Origin: an uncultured Gemmatimonadaceae bacterium
Lineage (GTDB): Bacteria > Gemmatimonadota > Gemmatimonadetes > Longimicrobiales > RSA9
Assembly (NCBI GenBank): GCA_964619835.1
Contig: CAZUFP010000023.1
Coordinates: forward strand, 1 to 63,531
Length of the DNA: 63,531 nt
Direction of reading: 5' to 3'
In this document: positions 1 through 9,706 of the stretch, one piece after another
Numbering within the stretch: the stretch's first letter is position 1
How the letters are laid out: each line of letters starts with the position of its first letter
Program-made: the position numbers and the translations under genes
Notes under the pieces: model-generated
What the model was told of the DNA's origin: nothing
The model's input: the letters and a program-made list of their open reading frames with translations, nothing else
Database searches by the model: none

Positions 1-839
1 GCGGAGCGGTCGACCTTGGAGGGGTCCTTGCCGCTGAAGGCGCCGCCGCCGTGGCGCGCGGCGCCACCGTACGTGTCGACGATGATTTTGCGGCCCGTGA
101 GCCCGGTGTCGGTGGCGGGTCCACCCTCCACGAAGGAGCCGGAAGGATTCACGAGCACCTGGCGTTCCCAGTGTTCACCCAACCGATCGGCAGGGATGAT
201 GGAGGGGACGACCTGCTCCAGCACGAGGCGCCGGATCTCGTCGGCCGGCGTGCCTGCGGCGTGCTGGGTGGAAACGACGACACGCGTGACGTCTTCGGGC
301 CGGCCGTCCACGTAGCGAAGGGACACCTGGCTCTTGGCGTCGGGGCCGAGCCAGTCGACGCCGCTGCGTCGCAGCTCGGCGAGCCGGCGGGTCAGGCCGT
401 GGGCCCACGTGATGGGCGCCGGCATGAGCTCCGGCGTCTCGTCCGTCGCGTAGCCGAACATCATGCCCTGGTCGCCGGCGCCCTGGGCGCGCGGGTCCGC
501 ACGATCGACGGCCTGCGCGATCTCGCTGGCCTGGCTGTGGAGGCGCACGTCGATCTGCACCGCATCCGCAGAGAAGCGATCGTCGTCGCCGTCATAGCCG
601 ATGTCCCGGATGGCGGCACGCGCCAGCTCCCGGATCTCGTCCTCCGCCAGCAGCTCCCGCGCCCGCACCTCGCCGGCCACGCCCACGTAGTTTCGCGTCA
701 CGAGCGTTTCACAGGCCACGCGCGCCTCTGCGTCCCGTTCCAGGTACGCGTCGAGAACGGTATCGCTGATCCGGTCGGCGACCTTGTCCGGGTGACCCTC
801 GGACACCGATTCGCTCGTCAGAACGTAGTTCTGCGGCAT
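1..839 (-). CDS. metK: S-adenosylmethionine synthetase; the C-terminus runs off the window edge
   Basis: Minus-strand translation gives [26 protein letters not shown]...[19 protein letters not shown], which carries the MetK signature motifs. SD GGAGGG lies 8 nt upstream of the ATG (rc of 837-839). Not in the ORF track because no stop falls inside the window. Confidence 0.9.
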   Translation of the reverse strand, partial: MPQNYVLTSESVSEGHPDKVADRISDTVLDAYLERDAEARVACETLVTRNYVGVAGEVRARELLAEDEIRELARAAIRDIGYDGDDDRFSADAVQIDVRLHSQASEIAQAVDRADPRAQGAGDQGMMFGYATDETPELMPAPITWAHGLTRRLAELRRSGVDWLGPDAKSQVSLRYVDGRPEDVTRVVVSTQHAAGTPADEIRRLVLEQVVPSIIPADRLGEHWERQVLVNPSGSFVEGGPATDTGLTGRKIIVDTYGGAARHGGGAFSGKDPSKVDRS

Positions 840-857
840 TGCGGAATTCCCTCCAAC

Positions 858-876
858 AAAAAAGCCCGTGCCGGGC
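858..876 (-). terminator. Intrinsic-terminator-like hairpin inside the metK 5' leader (GCCCGGCACGGGC followed by UUUUUU), immediately before the SD; candidate riboswitch expression platform
   Basis: The plus strand reads aaaaaaGCCCGtgcCGGGC. On the minus strand this is a 5-bp GC stem, 3-nt loop and T6 tract, ending 2 nt before the metK SD. Confidence 0.5.
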
Positions 877-1005
877 AGCTCGGCGACGGGGCGACGGGCG
901 CTTTAGTGCTTTTATTTAACGTGGGGCACAAGCTGCCGAATCAAATCCCACGGCCACGAAGGACGTTTCAATATCGAAAGACCGGTGCGGCGGGTCAACC
1001 GGCGG

Positions 1006-1773
1006 TCAGAACAGCGTGACCGCCACCGTGGGCTCCGTCTCCCAGGCGTCGAAGGCCTCCGCGGCTTCCAGGCCGTGGGGCTTTCCCGCCGCGCGCAGAC
1101 GGTCGCGCAGCCACGTCTCCGTCGGAAAGCCGATGCGTTCCAGGTAATAGCGTTGCAGCGCGAAGACGGTATCCAGGTGCGGCCGGACATCGACCACGGC
1201 CAGCGGCAGGATGGAGTGGCGGCCCCTCAGGGTGAACACGGGCGCCGGGTCCCGGTGCGGCGCCGCAGGTTCGACAATGCGTCCGAGCCGGGCCAGCGTC
1301 ACGGCGTCCCGCACGATCTTGCCTGCAGCCTGGTGGTCCGGATGGCGCATGCCCCGGGCCCAGGCGTCGCCCCAGGTGATGACGCCGTCCGGACGCACGT
1401 CGGCGATGACGCGAGCGACCTCCCGCGCCGCGTCCGGTGTCGCCACGACCCGGGTATCCGAAAAGGCCAGGAATCGCCATTCCGCGCCCAGGATCTCTGC
1501 CGCGCCACGGCCGTGCTCCATGCGGAGCGCCGCGACCCTGTCCGGCTGCAGCTCCGGAAAGGCCTGGGTCATCTCGCCACGCGTCAGCCACAGCAGCACG
1601 ACCCGGTCGCCCCGGGCCCGGTGCGCGGCGATGGTGCCCGCACACCCCACCTCGTCGTCGGGGTGCGCCAGCGCGACCAGCAGCGTTTTCGTCTTCCGTT
1701 CCGGCTTCGTTTCCTGGACCAACCCCACCCCCTTCTGTGTCGTTCGGTTGACGCCTGCGGCCGGCCCGGCCAT
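1006..1773 (-). CDS. PIG-L/LmbE family N-acetylglucosaminyl deacetylase (BshB/MshB-like)
   Basis: ORF of 255 aa with an AHPDDE motif near the N-terminus and an HxxH-type zinc-site region. Codon usage is typical for the window. Confidence 0.7.
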   Translation of the reverse strand: MAGPAAGVNRTTQKGVGLVQETKPERKTKTLLVALAHPDDEVGCAGTIAAHRARGDRVVLLWLTRGEMTQAFPELQPDRVAALRMEHGRGAAEILGAEWRFLAFSDTRVVATPDAAREVARVIADVRPDGVITWGDAWARGMRHPDHQAAGKIVRDAVTLARLGRIVEPAAPHRDPAPVFTLRGRHSILPLAVVDVRPHLDTVFALQRYYLERIGFPTETWLRDRLRAAGKPHGLEAAEAFDAWETEPTVAVTLF

Positions 1774-1784
1774 CTTCGCGCGCC

Positions 1785-2216
1785 ATGGAACTCGTTCTTT
1801 CCCTCGCGTGTGACAGCGCCCGTGTCCGGCCTGACGGCAAGGTGGACGTCGCCGGCATCTTCAACGAGCTCTATGCGCCCGGCTTCCCGGCGGCCCAGGC
1901 CCGCATGACCGTCCTGTTCGTGCTGGAGTGGCAGCCGACGGAGCAGGGGCGCTACGAGTTCGCCGCCGACCTGCTCGACGACGATGACAGCAAGGTCCTG
2001 ACCATCGAAGGCCACACCGACGTGGAGCCGCGGCCGGAAGGGCGGGCGCCCGCCCGAACACGCATTCTGCTGCCCCTGGAAAACGTGGTCTTCCCCCACC
2101 CAGGCCGCTACCGGTTCCTGCTCAAGGTGGGCGGGCGCGGGCGCCCTGCGTTTTCCCTGTTCCTGGGCGAGCAGCCCGGGGAAGGCACGGATCCCACGGA
2201 GAACGTCCGGGTATAG
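1785..2216 (+). CDS. Hypothetical protein
   Basis: ORF of 143 aa with genome-typical GC3 codon usage. No recognisable domain and no clear SD. Confidence 0.45.
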   Translation: MELVLSLACDSARVRPDGKVDVAGIFNELYAPGFPAAQARMTVLFVLEWQPTEQGRYEFAADLLDDDDSKVLTIEGHTDVEPRPEGRAPARTRILLPLENVVFPHPGRYRFLLKVGGRGRPAFSLFLGEQPGEGTDPTENVRV

Positions 2217-2248
2217 ACCGTGCGCCGCGTTCGGCGCGCGTTCAACCG

Positions 2249-2590
2249 ATGCCCCGCGGAGGCTCCGTGGCAGAGTCAAATGGGAAGGAAACGCAGCCGC
2301 TGGTGCGTGTCATGGCTGCGTTGTCGGACGAGAACCGGTTTCGCATCGTCGAGTACCTGGCGGCCGAGTCCGCCGAGCTGTCCTGCGGCACCATCGGCAA
2401 GGCGCTCGGGTTGTCCCCCTCCCTCCTCTCCCACCACCTGTCGATCCTGGAAGATGCCGGCGTCATCGAGCGCCGCCGCAACGGCCTCTGGACCATGAAC
2501 GGACTGCGGCGCTCGGTGCTGGCCGAGCACTTTTCGTCGCTCCAGGCCCTGGTGGGCCCCGACGGGACGGACTCCGCCCCGCCGGGGTGA
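2249..2590 (+). CDS. ArsR/SmtB family transcriptional regulator (winged HTH)
   Basis: The stretch FRIVEYLAAESAELSCGTIGKALGLSPSLLSHHLSILEDAGVI matches the ArsR HTH pattern. The start may instead be the internal ATG near 2312 (MAALSDENR). Confidence 0.7.
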   Translation: MPRGGSVAESNGKETQPLVRVMAALSDENRFRIVEYLAAESAELSCGTIGKALGLSPSLLSHHLSILEDAGVIERRRNGLWTMNGLRRSVLAEHFSSLQALVGPDGTDSAPPG

Positions 2591-2596
2591 CCGTCC

Positions 2597-3991
2597 TCAC
2601 TTGCCGGGGAGTCCGGGCTCCGTCATGGGCCGCGGATCCAGCACCTTCTCCAGCTCTTTCTCGCCGATCACGCCCTTCTCGCGCGCCACTTCGCGCACCG
2701 TGCGCTTCTGCTTGAAGGCTTCCTTCGCGATGGTCGCCGCCGCGTCGTAGCCGATGAGCGGGGCCAGCGCCGTCGCCAGAGACGCGTTCTTCTCCAGCAG
2801 CTCCCGGCAGCGGTCCTCGTTGGCGACGATGCCGTCCACCGCTTTCTCCGCGAAGGCCACCGACACGTTCGCCAGGATGCCGATGGACTGCTCCATGGCG
2901 TACGCCATGACCGGCATCATGAGGTTCAGCTCGAAATAGCCGCCCATGCCGCCGACGGTGATGGTCGTCTGGTTCCCCATCACCTGCGCCGCCGCCATCG
3001 TCACCGCCTCGGCCATCACCGGATTCACCTTGCCCGGCATGATGCTGGACCCCGGCTGTGTCACCGGCAGCGTGATCTCCGCGAGCCCGGCGCTCGGCCC
3101 GCTGGCCAGCCAGCGGATGTCGTTGGCGATCTTCATGAGGGAGACGGCCAGCGCGTTCAGCGCGCCGTGGGCGTACACCACCGTGTCCCGCGTCGCCTGA
3201 CGCTCGAAGTGGTTCGTCGCTTCGCTGAACGCCAGGCCCGCCATCTTGCCGATGCGAGCGATGGTCCGGCGCGCGAACTCCGGATGCGTGTTGATGCCCG
3301 TGCCCACCGCCGTGCCGCCCAGCGGCAGCTCCGACATGTCCTCGCTGGCTGCCTTCATCCGCCGGACGGAATGCTCGATCTGGGCCGCATATCCGCTGAA
3401 CTCCTGCCCCAGCCGGATGGGCGTGGCGTCCATCAGGTGGGTCCGCCCCGACTTCACGATGTGGTCGAAGTCCGCCGCCTTCTTGGTCAACGAATTCCGA
3501 AGCTGTTCCAACGCCGGCAGCAGGTCGTCGTGGATGGCCACGCGGGCCGCCACCTGCATGGCCGTGGGAATCACGTCGTTGGACGACTGCGCCTGGTTCA
3601 CGTGATCATTGGGATGCACCTTCACCGCCCCACCGCCCAGGTCCACCGCACGATGCGCGATCACCTCGTTCGCGTTCATGTTTGTCGAGGTGCCGCTGCC
3701 CGTCTGGAAGATGTCCAGCACGAAATGCCGGTCGTGATCCCCGCGAATCACCTCGTCCGCCGCCTGCACGATGAGCTTGCCCCGCTCCTCGTCCAGCAGG
3801 CCCAGCTCCATGTTGGTCTCCGCCGCGCACCGCTTGATCATGCCCAGCGCCGCGATGAACCGCCGCGGGAACCGCAGGTCGCTGATGGGGAAGTTCTCCA
3901 CCGCCCGCTGCGTCTGTGCCCCCCACAATGCGTCGACCGGCACCTTCATCTCGCCCAGCGAATCCTTCTCTATTCTGAACTCGTCACTCAT
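2597..3991 (-). CDS. fumC: Class II fumarate hydratase (fumarase C / aspartase family)
   Basis: The GSSIMPGKVNP signature is present. The TMAAAQVMGN context is closer to FumC than to AspA. Start taken at MSDEFRIEKDSLGE (ATG, rc of 3989-3991) with SD GGGGAGG upstream; the ORF track extends to 4027. Confidence 0.8.
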   Translation of the reverse strand: MSDEFRIEKDSLGEMKVPVDALWGAQTQRAVENFPISDLRFPRRFIAALGMIKRCAAETNMELGLLDEERGKLIVQAADEVIRGDHDRHFVLDIFQTGSGTSTNMNANEVIAHRAVDLGGGAVKVHPNDHVNQAQSSNDVIPTAMQVAARVAIHDDLLPALEQLRNSLTKKAADFDHIVKSGRTHLMDATPIRLGQEFSGYAAQIEHSVRRMKAASEDMSELPLGGTAVGTGINTHPEFARRTIARIGKMAGLAFSEATNHFERQATRDTVVYAHGALNALAVSLMKIANDIRWLASGPSAGLAEITLPVTQPGSSIMPGKVNPVMAEAVTMAAAQVMGNQTTITVGGMGGYFELNLMMPVMAYAMEQSIGILANVSVAFAEKAVDGIVANEDRCRELLEKNASLATALAPLIGYDAAATIAKEAFKQKRTVREVAREKGVIGEKELEKVLDPRPMTEPGLPGK

Positions 3992-4067
3992 CTCTGCCTC
4001 CCCGGATGGGTCGGATGTTCGGCTCACGCCTCGTCCGCAAGATCCGAGGCCCGCCCGCCTCCGTCAA

Positions 4068-4091
4068 CTCGAAATCGAATTCGATTTCGAG
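4068..4091. promoter_or_regulatory. Perfect 24-bp AT-rich palindrome CTCGAAATCGAATTCGATTTCGAG. It abuts the stop of the SDR gene and lies ~75 bp upstream of the fumC start
   Basis: Read directly from the sequence: 12-bp arms with no spacer. Its GC content is far below the local ~70%. It could be an operator or a bidirectional terminator. Confidence 0.5.
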
Positions 4092-4799
4092 CTACTTGCG
4101 GGGCGGCCGGGACGGCCTCACCTCCACCCGGCTCGGCAGCGTGCGGGCTGGGAACGACACCAGGTCCAGCACCACCCGGGCGATGTCTTCCGGCTGGATC
4201 TTCCAGTCATCGCTTCCGGCCGCGGGATGGGAGAAGTCGCTGGCCACGCTGCCGGGCATGACATAGCTGACACGCACGCCGTCGTGCCGGACCTCCTGCA
4301 TGAGCGCCTCGCTGAAGCCGATGAGGCCGAACTTGCTGGCGTTGTACGCCGCCCCACGCGGAAACGCGTTCTTGCCGGCGAGGCTGCCAATGTTGATGAC
4401 CCAGGCGTCACCGGACTCTTTCAGGTGCGGCAGTGCCGCGTGCGTGCAGTAGAAGACGCCGTTCAGGTTGGTCTCGATGACCGTTCGCCACTCCTCCGGA
4501 CTCAGCGTCTCCACCTCTCCGAACACTCCGACGCCGGCGTTGTTCACCAGGACGTCCAGCCGGCCGAACGCGGCCGCGGTGCGCGCCACGAGATCCTCGC
4601 AGTCGGCCTGCACGCGCACGTCGCACACCACGCCCATGGCGCCGTCCCCCAGCGCCTGCTCCGCGGACTTCACGTCCGCTTCCGTGCGTGCGCCGATGGC
4701 GACGCGGGCGCCCGCATCATGCAGGGCTTCCGCGATCGCCCGGCCGATCCCTTTCGTGCCCCCCGTCACTATGGCCACCCGGCCCGCCAGATCGGGCAT
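4092..4799 (-). CDS. SDR family oxidoreductase (short-chain dehydrogenase)
   Basis: N-terminal TGGTKGIGRAIA Rossmann motif plus the catalytic YNASK motif; 235 aa. Confidence 0.8.
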   Translation of the reverse strand: MPDLAGRVAIVTGGTKGIGRAIAEALHDAGARVAIGARTEADVKSAEQALGDGAMGVVCDVRVQADCEDLVARTAAAFGRLDVLVNNAGVGVFGEVETLSPEEWRTVIETNLNGVFYCTHAALPHLKESGDAWVINIGSLAGKNAFPRGAAYNASKFGLIGFSEALMQEVRHDGVRVSYVMPGSVASDFSHPAAGSDDWKIQPEDIARVVLDLVSFPARTLPSRVEVRPSRPPRK

Positions 4800-4961
4800 C
4801 GTTCTCCTCCTTGTCAGGATTCGCGCTCACCGCCCGCCCGGCCGACGCAGCGCGCGTTCCGGGCTCCGCCACTCCACCACACCACGACGGACTGTACAGG
4901 GCGGGGCCGCGTCGCGCACGCGCCCTTGAGAGAGACCGGTCCGCGCCACTACGTTTGGGCC

Positions 4962-5690
4962 ATGGATCTCGCAGACAGGGTCGCGCTGGTAACCGGCGGC
5001 GCCCGGCGCGTGGGACGCGCGCTGGCCCTCGCCCTGGCGCGCGGCGGAGCCGACGTCGTCGTCAACTACCACCATTCGGAGGCCGACGCCCGCCGCACGG
5101 TGGCGGACATCGAGGCCCTCGGACGCCGTGCCCTGTCCATCCAGGCGGATGTGGCTTCACGGCAGGAGGTGTCCGCCATGATCCGGCGGGTGGCCGCGGA
5201 GTTCGGTCGCCTGGACGTCCTGGTGAACAGCGCGTCGGTATTCCGGTCTGCGCCGTTCCTGGCCATTGACGAAGCGGACTGGGACCGCGTCCTGGACGTG
5301 AACCTCAAGGGGCCGTTCCTGATGATCCAGGCGGCCGCCGCGCTGCTGGCCGGGACCGAAGGGCTCGTGGTGAACATCGCCGACATCTCCGCTCTGCAAC
5401 CCTGGCCGGGCTTCGCGCATCACAGTGTTTCGAAGGCGGGCCTGGCCCAGCTCACCCGGGTGGCCGCGCGTGCGCTGGCGCCCCGGGTGCGCGTGAACTG
5501 CATCGCGCCGGGAACCGTTCTGCCCCCCGAGGACTATACGGAGGAGCAGATCTCCGACCTGCGGGACCACATCGCGCTCAAGCGGTTGGGCTCGCCGGCC
5601 GATGTAGAGCGTGCGTTGCTGTTTCTGGTGGAGAGTGACTTCGTGACAGGCGAGATCGTCGTGGTGGACGGCGGCCGGTCGTTGCTGTAA
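4962..5690 (+). CDS. SDR family oxidoreductase (pteridine-reductase/FolM-like)
   Basis: MDLADRVALVTGGARRVGRALA... with the YxxxK motif in HHSVSKAG. The start ATG at 4962 lies inside the artefactual 3771..5690 ORF. Confidence 0.75.
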   Translation: MDLADRVALVTGGARRVGRALALALARGGADVVVNYHHSEADARRTVADIEALGRRALSIQADVASRQEVSAMIRRVAAEFGRLDVLVNSASVFRSAPFLAIDEADWDRVLDVNLKGPFLMIQAAAALLAGTEGLVVNIADISALQPWPGFAHHSVSKAGLAQLTRVAARALAPRVRVNCIAPGTVLPPEDYTEEQISDLRDHIALKRLGSPADVERALLFLVESDFVTGEIVVVDGGRSLL

Positions 5691-5700
5691 GAGGCTGCCA

Positions 5701-7794
5701 GTGGTGCGAATCCCTGTGATGAACCGGAAGAAGCTGCTTCTCACCGCGCTCGCGCTCGCGGGCGTGCTCGCGCTCATCGTGCCGATGTTCGCGCTCCTCA
5801 CCGTGGCGGGCGTGAACGGCGGCTGCCCGTCCATCGCCGCACTGGAGAACTACCAGCCGCCGGAAGCCAGCCAGGTGTTCGCGGCCGATGGCTCCCTGGT
5901 CGCGGCCATGTCGCCGCAGCGACGCACGCTGGTGAACCTCGACCAGGTGCCGCTTCTGGTCCGTCAGGGCGTCATCGCGGTCGAGGACCGCCGCTTCCGC
6001 CACCACGGCGGCGTGGATTATCGCGGCCTCGCCCGCGCCGTCTGGAAGGACATCACCTCGCTATCGCTGCGCCAGGGCTTCAGCACTATCAGCATGCAGC
6101 TCGTGCGGAGCGTGTTCCCCGACGAGCTCCCCATGTCCAGGCGGTTCAGCCGGAAAGTGTGCGAAGTGTATCTCGCGACCCGGCTGCAGCACGTGATGGA
6201 CAAGGAGCAGATCCTCGGGCTCTATCTGAACCAGGTCTATTTCGGGGACGGGCTCTACGGCGTTGAAGCGGCGTCCGAAGGCTATTTCGGCAAGCCAGTG
6301 GGCGCGCTGCACCCGGCAGAAGCGGCGCTCCTGATCGGGCTCATCAAGAGCCCGGAAGGCTACAACCCGCGACGCCACTCCGCGGCGGCGATCCGCCGGC
6401 GGAACGTAGTGCTGGGGGTCATGGCCCGGGAAGGCGTGATCACCCGAACGGAAGCGGACCAGGCCGCTGCCGAGCCGGTGTTGCTGGTGGCTTCCGACGA
6501 AGCCCGGGGCCGGGCCCCCTACTACGTCGCCGAAGTCCGGCGCGCGCTGCGTGACCGGCTCGGACCGGACGCCGACGTGCGCGGCCTGCGCGTGTTCACG
6601 GGCCTCGACCTCGACGTCCAACATGCGGCGCAGAAGGCCCTCAGGGCCCAGATCCGGCGCATCGAGAGCGGCGCATACGGCCGGTATCCGCACCCCACCA
6701 CGTCCGCCGCGGACACGTTGGACGGCGCGTCGGCCCTTCTCCAGGGCATGGTCGTGGTGCTGGACCCGGCCACCGGGGAGATCCGCGCCCTGGTGGGCGG
6801 CCGCGACTTCGGAGAGACCCAGTTCGACCGGGCCTTTCAGGCCCGGCGTCAGCCCGGCTCGGCGTTCAAGCCGTTCGTCTACGCGGCCGCCCTCGAGCGC
6901 GGCCTCACCGTGAGCGCCCGCGTGGAAACGTCGCCGGTGTTGGTGAACGACCCGGGCTCACGGCCCTGGAGCCCGTCCGACCACGTCCCGGACAGCGTCC
7001 AGACGCTCACCGTGAGCGACGCGCTCGCCGAGTCCTCCAATCACGCCGCCGTCCGTGTCGGACAGTGGGCCGGCGTGGACCACGTCGTGTCTCTGGCCCA
7101 CTCCCTGGGTATCAGCACGCCCATCCCGCCCTACCCGTCCGTCCTGCTCGGCTCGGCGGACGTGGTGCCGGCGGAGCTGGTAGCGGCCTACGCCGCCTTC
7201 GGCAACGGCGGCTACCGCGTGGAGCCGACGCTCATCACCCGCGTCGAGGACCGCGACGGCAACGTCCTGTGGCAGGCGCCCCTCCGCCCGGTCTACGTCC
7301 TCAATTCCGGCGTCGCCTTCCTGACGCTGACCCTGCTGGAGAATGTGGTGAACGACGGGACGGGTGCGGCGGTGCGGCGCGACGGGTTCTGGCTGCCGGC
7401 GGCGGGAAAGACGGGGACGACCAACGCGGGCAAGGACGCCTGGTTCATCGGGATGACACCGGACCTGGTGGCGGGAGTGTGGCTGGGCTTCGACCAGCCA
7501 CAGAACATCATGCCGGGCGCCAGCGGCGGACGCCTGGCGGTGCCGGTCTGGGCGAATCTCATGAACCAGGTCTATGAGACCCGCCCCGACCCCGCACCCT
7601 GGGCGCCGCCTTACAACGTCACGAGCGCCGCCATCGACGTGCAGTCCGGACTCCTGGCCACCGACGCGTGTCCGCGCGACGACGTCCGCGTCCAGTACTT
7701 CCTGCGCGGCACCGAGCCAGTGACCTACTGCCCCCTGCACCCGGACAACGACCCGCTGCGCCGCCTCCTGCGCCGGCTGCGCCGCATCTTCTGA
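5701..7794 (+). CDS. mrcA: Penicillin-binding protein 1A family (bifunctional glycosyltransferase/transpeptidase)
   Basis: N-terminal TM helix, GT51 motifs (EDRRFRHHGGVD, RQGFSTISMQL) and transpeptidase motifs (SAFKPF, SSN, KTGTT). Start is GTG at 5701 or ATG at 5719. Confidence 0.85.
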   Translation: MVRIPVMNRKKLLLTALALAGVLALIVPMFALLTVAGVNGGCPSIAALENYQPPEASQVFAADGSLVAAMSPQRRTLVNLDQVPLLVRQGVIAVEDRRFRHHGGVDYRGLARAVWKDITSLSLRQGFSTISMQLVRSVFPDELPMSRRFSRKVCEVYLATRLQHVMDKEQILGLYLNQVYFGDGLYGVEAASEGYFGKPVGALHPAEAALLIGLIKSPEGYNPRRHSAAAIRRRNVVLGVMAREGVITRTEADQAAAEPVLLVASDEARGRAPYYVAEVRRALRDRLGPDADVRGLRVFTGLDLDVQHAAQKALRAQIRRIESGAYGRYPHPTTSAADTLDGASALLQGMVVVLDPATGEIRALVGGRDFGETQFDRAFQARRQPGSAFKPFVYAAALERGLTVSARVETSPVLVNDPGSRPWSPSDHVPDSVQTLTVSDALAESSNHAAVRVGQWAGVDHVVSLAHSLGISTPIPPYPSVLLGSADVVPAELVAAYAAFGNGGYRVEPTLITRVEDRDGNVLWQAPLRPVYVLNSGVAFLTLTLLENVVNDGTGAAVRRDGFWLPAAGKTGTTNAGKDAWFIGMTPDLVAGVWLGFDQPQNIMPGASGGRLAVPVWANLMNQVYETRPDPAPWAPPYNVTSAAIDVQSGLLATDACPRDDVRVQYFLRGTEPVTYCPLHPDNDPLRRLLRRLRRIF

Positions 7795-7825
7795 CGACGC
7801 CCGGATCCAACGCCAAAGTCGGCGG

Positions 7826-8827
7826 TCAGCCCGCCGTTGCCGCGGCTTCGACCTCCGCTTCGGCGCCGCCGTGCGCCAGCCAGCGCTCCGCGTCCAGCGC
7901 GGCCATGGCCCCCGTGCCCGCCGCCGAAATCGCCTGCTTGTAGTAGTCGTCCATCACATCGCCACAGGCGAACACGCCCGGTACGGACGTCTGCGTGCGC
8001 CAGCCCACGGGCATCTTGACGTAGCCGTTGGGCTTCAGCTCGATCTGGCCGCCCAGGAACTCCGTGTTCGGCTTGTGGCCGATGGCCACGAACAGGCCCC
8101 CCACCTCGACCTCGCTCGCCTCGCCCGTCACGGTGTCCTGGAGACGCAGGCCGGTGATCACGTCGTCACCCACCACCTCCGTGACGACCTTGTTCCACAA
8201 CACCTTCAGCTTCGGGTTCTCGAAGGCTCGCTGCTGCATGATCTTCGACGCACGCAATTCGTCACGACGGTGGACCACCAACACCTCGCTGGCGAATTTC
8301 GTCATGTAGAGCGCGTCCTCCATGGCGCTGTCCCCGCCCCCGATCACCGCCACCACCTGGTTCCGGAAGTGAGGCAGCGCACCATCGCACACCGCGCACG
8401 CGGAGACCCCGCCACCCGACTGGGCCAGACGCTCCTCGTTCGGCACGTCCATCCAGCGGGCGTTGGCGCCCGTGGCGATGATCACCGTGTCCGCGTCGAC
8501 TTCCATGCCGCCGCTCGACCGCAGCACGAACGGGCGCACGGAGAAATCCACTTCCACGATGTCCTCCGTCACGACGCGGGTGTCGAACCGCAACGCCTGC
8601 TCCCGGAACGCGGCCATCAGGTCCTGGCCGGTCACGCCCTCGGGGAAGCCCGGGTAATTCTCCACCTCCGTCGTGAACATCAGCTGACCGCCGGGAATCA
8701 TGGTGCGGCTGCCGGCGCCTTCGAACACCAGCGGATGCAGTTCCGCCCGCGCCGCGTAGATCGCAGCCGTCCACGCCGCCGGGCCCGATCCGATGATCAC
8801 CGTCGTTTCGTGTTGTCGATCACTCAT
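7826..8827 (-). CDS. trxB: Thioredoxin-disulfide reductase
   Basis: Redox-active CAVCDG motif, GSGPAA FAD-binding and GGGDSA NADPH-binding motifs; 333 aa. Confidence 0.9.
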   Translation of the reverse strand: MSDRQHETTVIIGSGPAAWTAAIYAARAELHPLVFEGAGSRTMIPGGQLMFTTEVENYPGFPEGVTGQDLMAAFREQALRFDTRVVTEDIVEVDFSVRPFVLRSSGGMEVDADTVIIATGANARWMDVPNEERLAQSGGGVSACAVCDGALPHFRNQVVAVIGGGDSAMEDALYMTKFASEVLVVHRRDELRASKIMQQRAFENPKLKVLWNKVVTEVVGDDVITGLRLQDTVTGEASEVEVGGLFVAIGHKPNTEFLGGQIELKPNGYVKMPVGWRTQTSVPGVFACGDVMDDYYKQAISAAGTGAMAALDAERWLAHGGAEAEVEAAATAG

Positions 8828-8950
8828 CGTCGATCTGTCGTCTCATCTATGTTCAATGTCCCTGGCGGCCGACGCCGCTTCCGCTGGCGTCACCGCCCTG
8901 CCGCCACTACACTAACACCTTACGCAATCCCTCGCGTGGAACGGAGTCGA

Positions 8951-9664
8951 ATGAACCTTGTTTCGCCGTCGCCCGCCAGAGACGTGGAGCAGTTGCTCAA
9001 CTCGCTGACCGGCGTTGTCTCCGCACATGTCGTCGTCAACAACGACGGCAGAATCGTGGAGATCCATATCCTGTCCACGCCGGAGATCCAGGCGAAACGT
9101 GTCGTTCGCAATGTCGAATCTGCTCTCACCGCGGGCCTTGGCATCGAGATCGATCGCCGCATCGTCAGCGTTGCCCAGATCGATGACAATGCCAACACCG
9201 CACCCGAGCCTCAGCCGACGGCCATGGATCGGGAGGTCGACGTCGGGCCGCGCTATGATCCGCGGCGCGACAGCCGCGGACGCCGGTTCGAGTTCGTTCG
9301 TTACAGCGCACGCCGTGAGATCGCGCGTGAAAGCTCCTGCCAGGTCGTGCTACGTTCCGGCGACGGTGAATTCACCGGCGCCGGGGTGGGTGCGGACACG
9401 CCGCGCGGCCGGGCGGAAGCCGCCGCGCGCGCGGTCTTCAACGCTCTCGAGAGCGCGCGCGGAGACCAGGGGCTCGCCCTGGAAGCCGCCACCATCGTCG
9501 ACACGCAGGGTCAGAGCTTCGTGGTCGTCGCCGGCCGCGCCCTCATGGGCCGCGACAGCTTCGCCCTCGCCGGCGCCGCCCGCCTCGTCCGGTCTCCCGA
9601 AGAGACCGCCATCCTCGCCGCCCTCCATGCCACCAACCGCTGGAGCGACCCGGAAACGGCCTGA
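8951..9664 (+). CDS. Hypothetical protein with an N-terminal Asp23/Gls24-like (alkaline-shock family) domain
   Basis: ATG at 8951 with a GGAG SD. The pattern GVVSAHVVV..DGRIVEIHILSTPEIQAKRVVRNVESALTAGLGIEIDRRIVSV resembles the Asp23 core. The N-terminal half of ORF 7871..9664 is antisense to trxB and was rejected. Confidence 0.5.
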   Translation: MNLVSPSPARDVEQLLNSLTGVVSAHVVVNNDGRIVEIHILSTPEIQAKRVVRNVESALTAGLGIEIDRRIVSVAQIDDNANTAPEPQPTAMDREVDVGPRYDPRRDSRGRRFEFVRYSARREIARESSCQVVLRSGDGEFTGAGVGADTPRGRAEAAARAVFNALESARGDQGLALEAATIVDTQGQSFVVVAGRALMGRDSFALAGAARLVRSPEETAILAALHATNRWSDPETA

Positions 9665-9706
9665 CCCGCCACACGCCTGCCACCGCCCTCCTGCCGGACC
9701 ACTCCG

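Noticed and set aside
51-1019. 322-aa plus-strand ORF over the metK region (and a similar 985..1908 ORF)
   Set aside because: It is antisense to metK and to the PIG-L deacetylase gene, both of which are well supported. Long stop-free antisense frames are expected at ~70% GC.
3771-5690. 639-aa ORF in the track spanning the fumC/SDR region
   Set aside because: Its first ~400 codons are antisense to fumC and to the 4092..4799 SDR gene and show no domain signal. The real gene is the SDR that starts at ATG 4962 in the same frame.
7871-8950. N-terminal 360 codons of ORF 7871..9664
   Set aside because: They are antisense to trxB, which carries clear motifs. The genuine gene begins at ATG 8951 with an SD.
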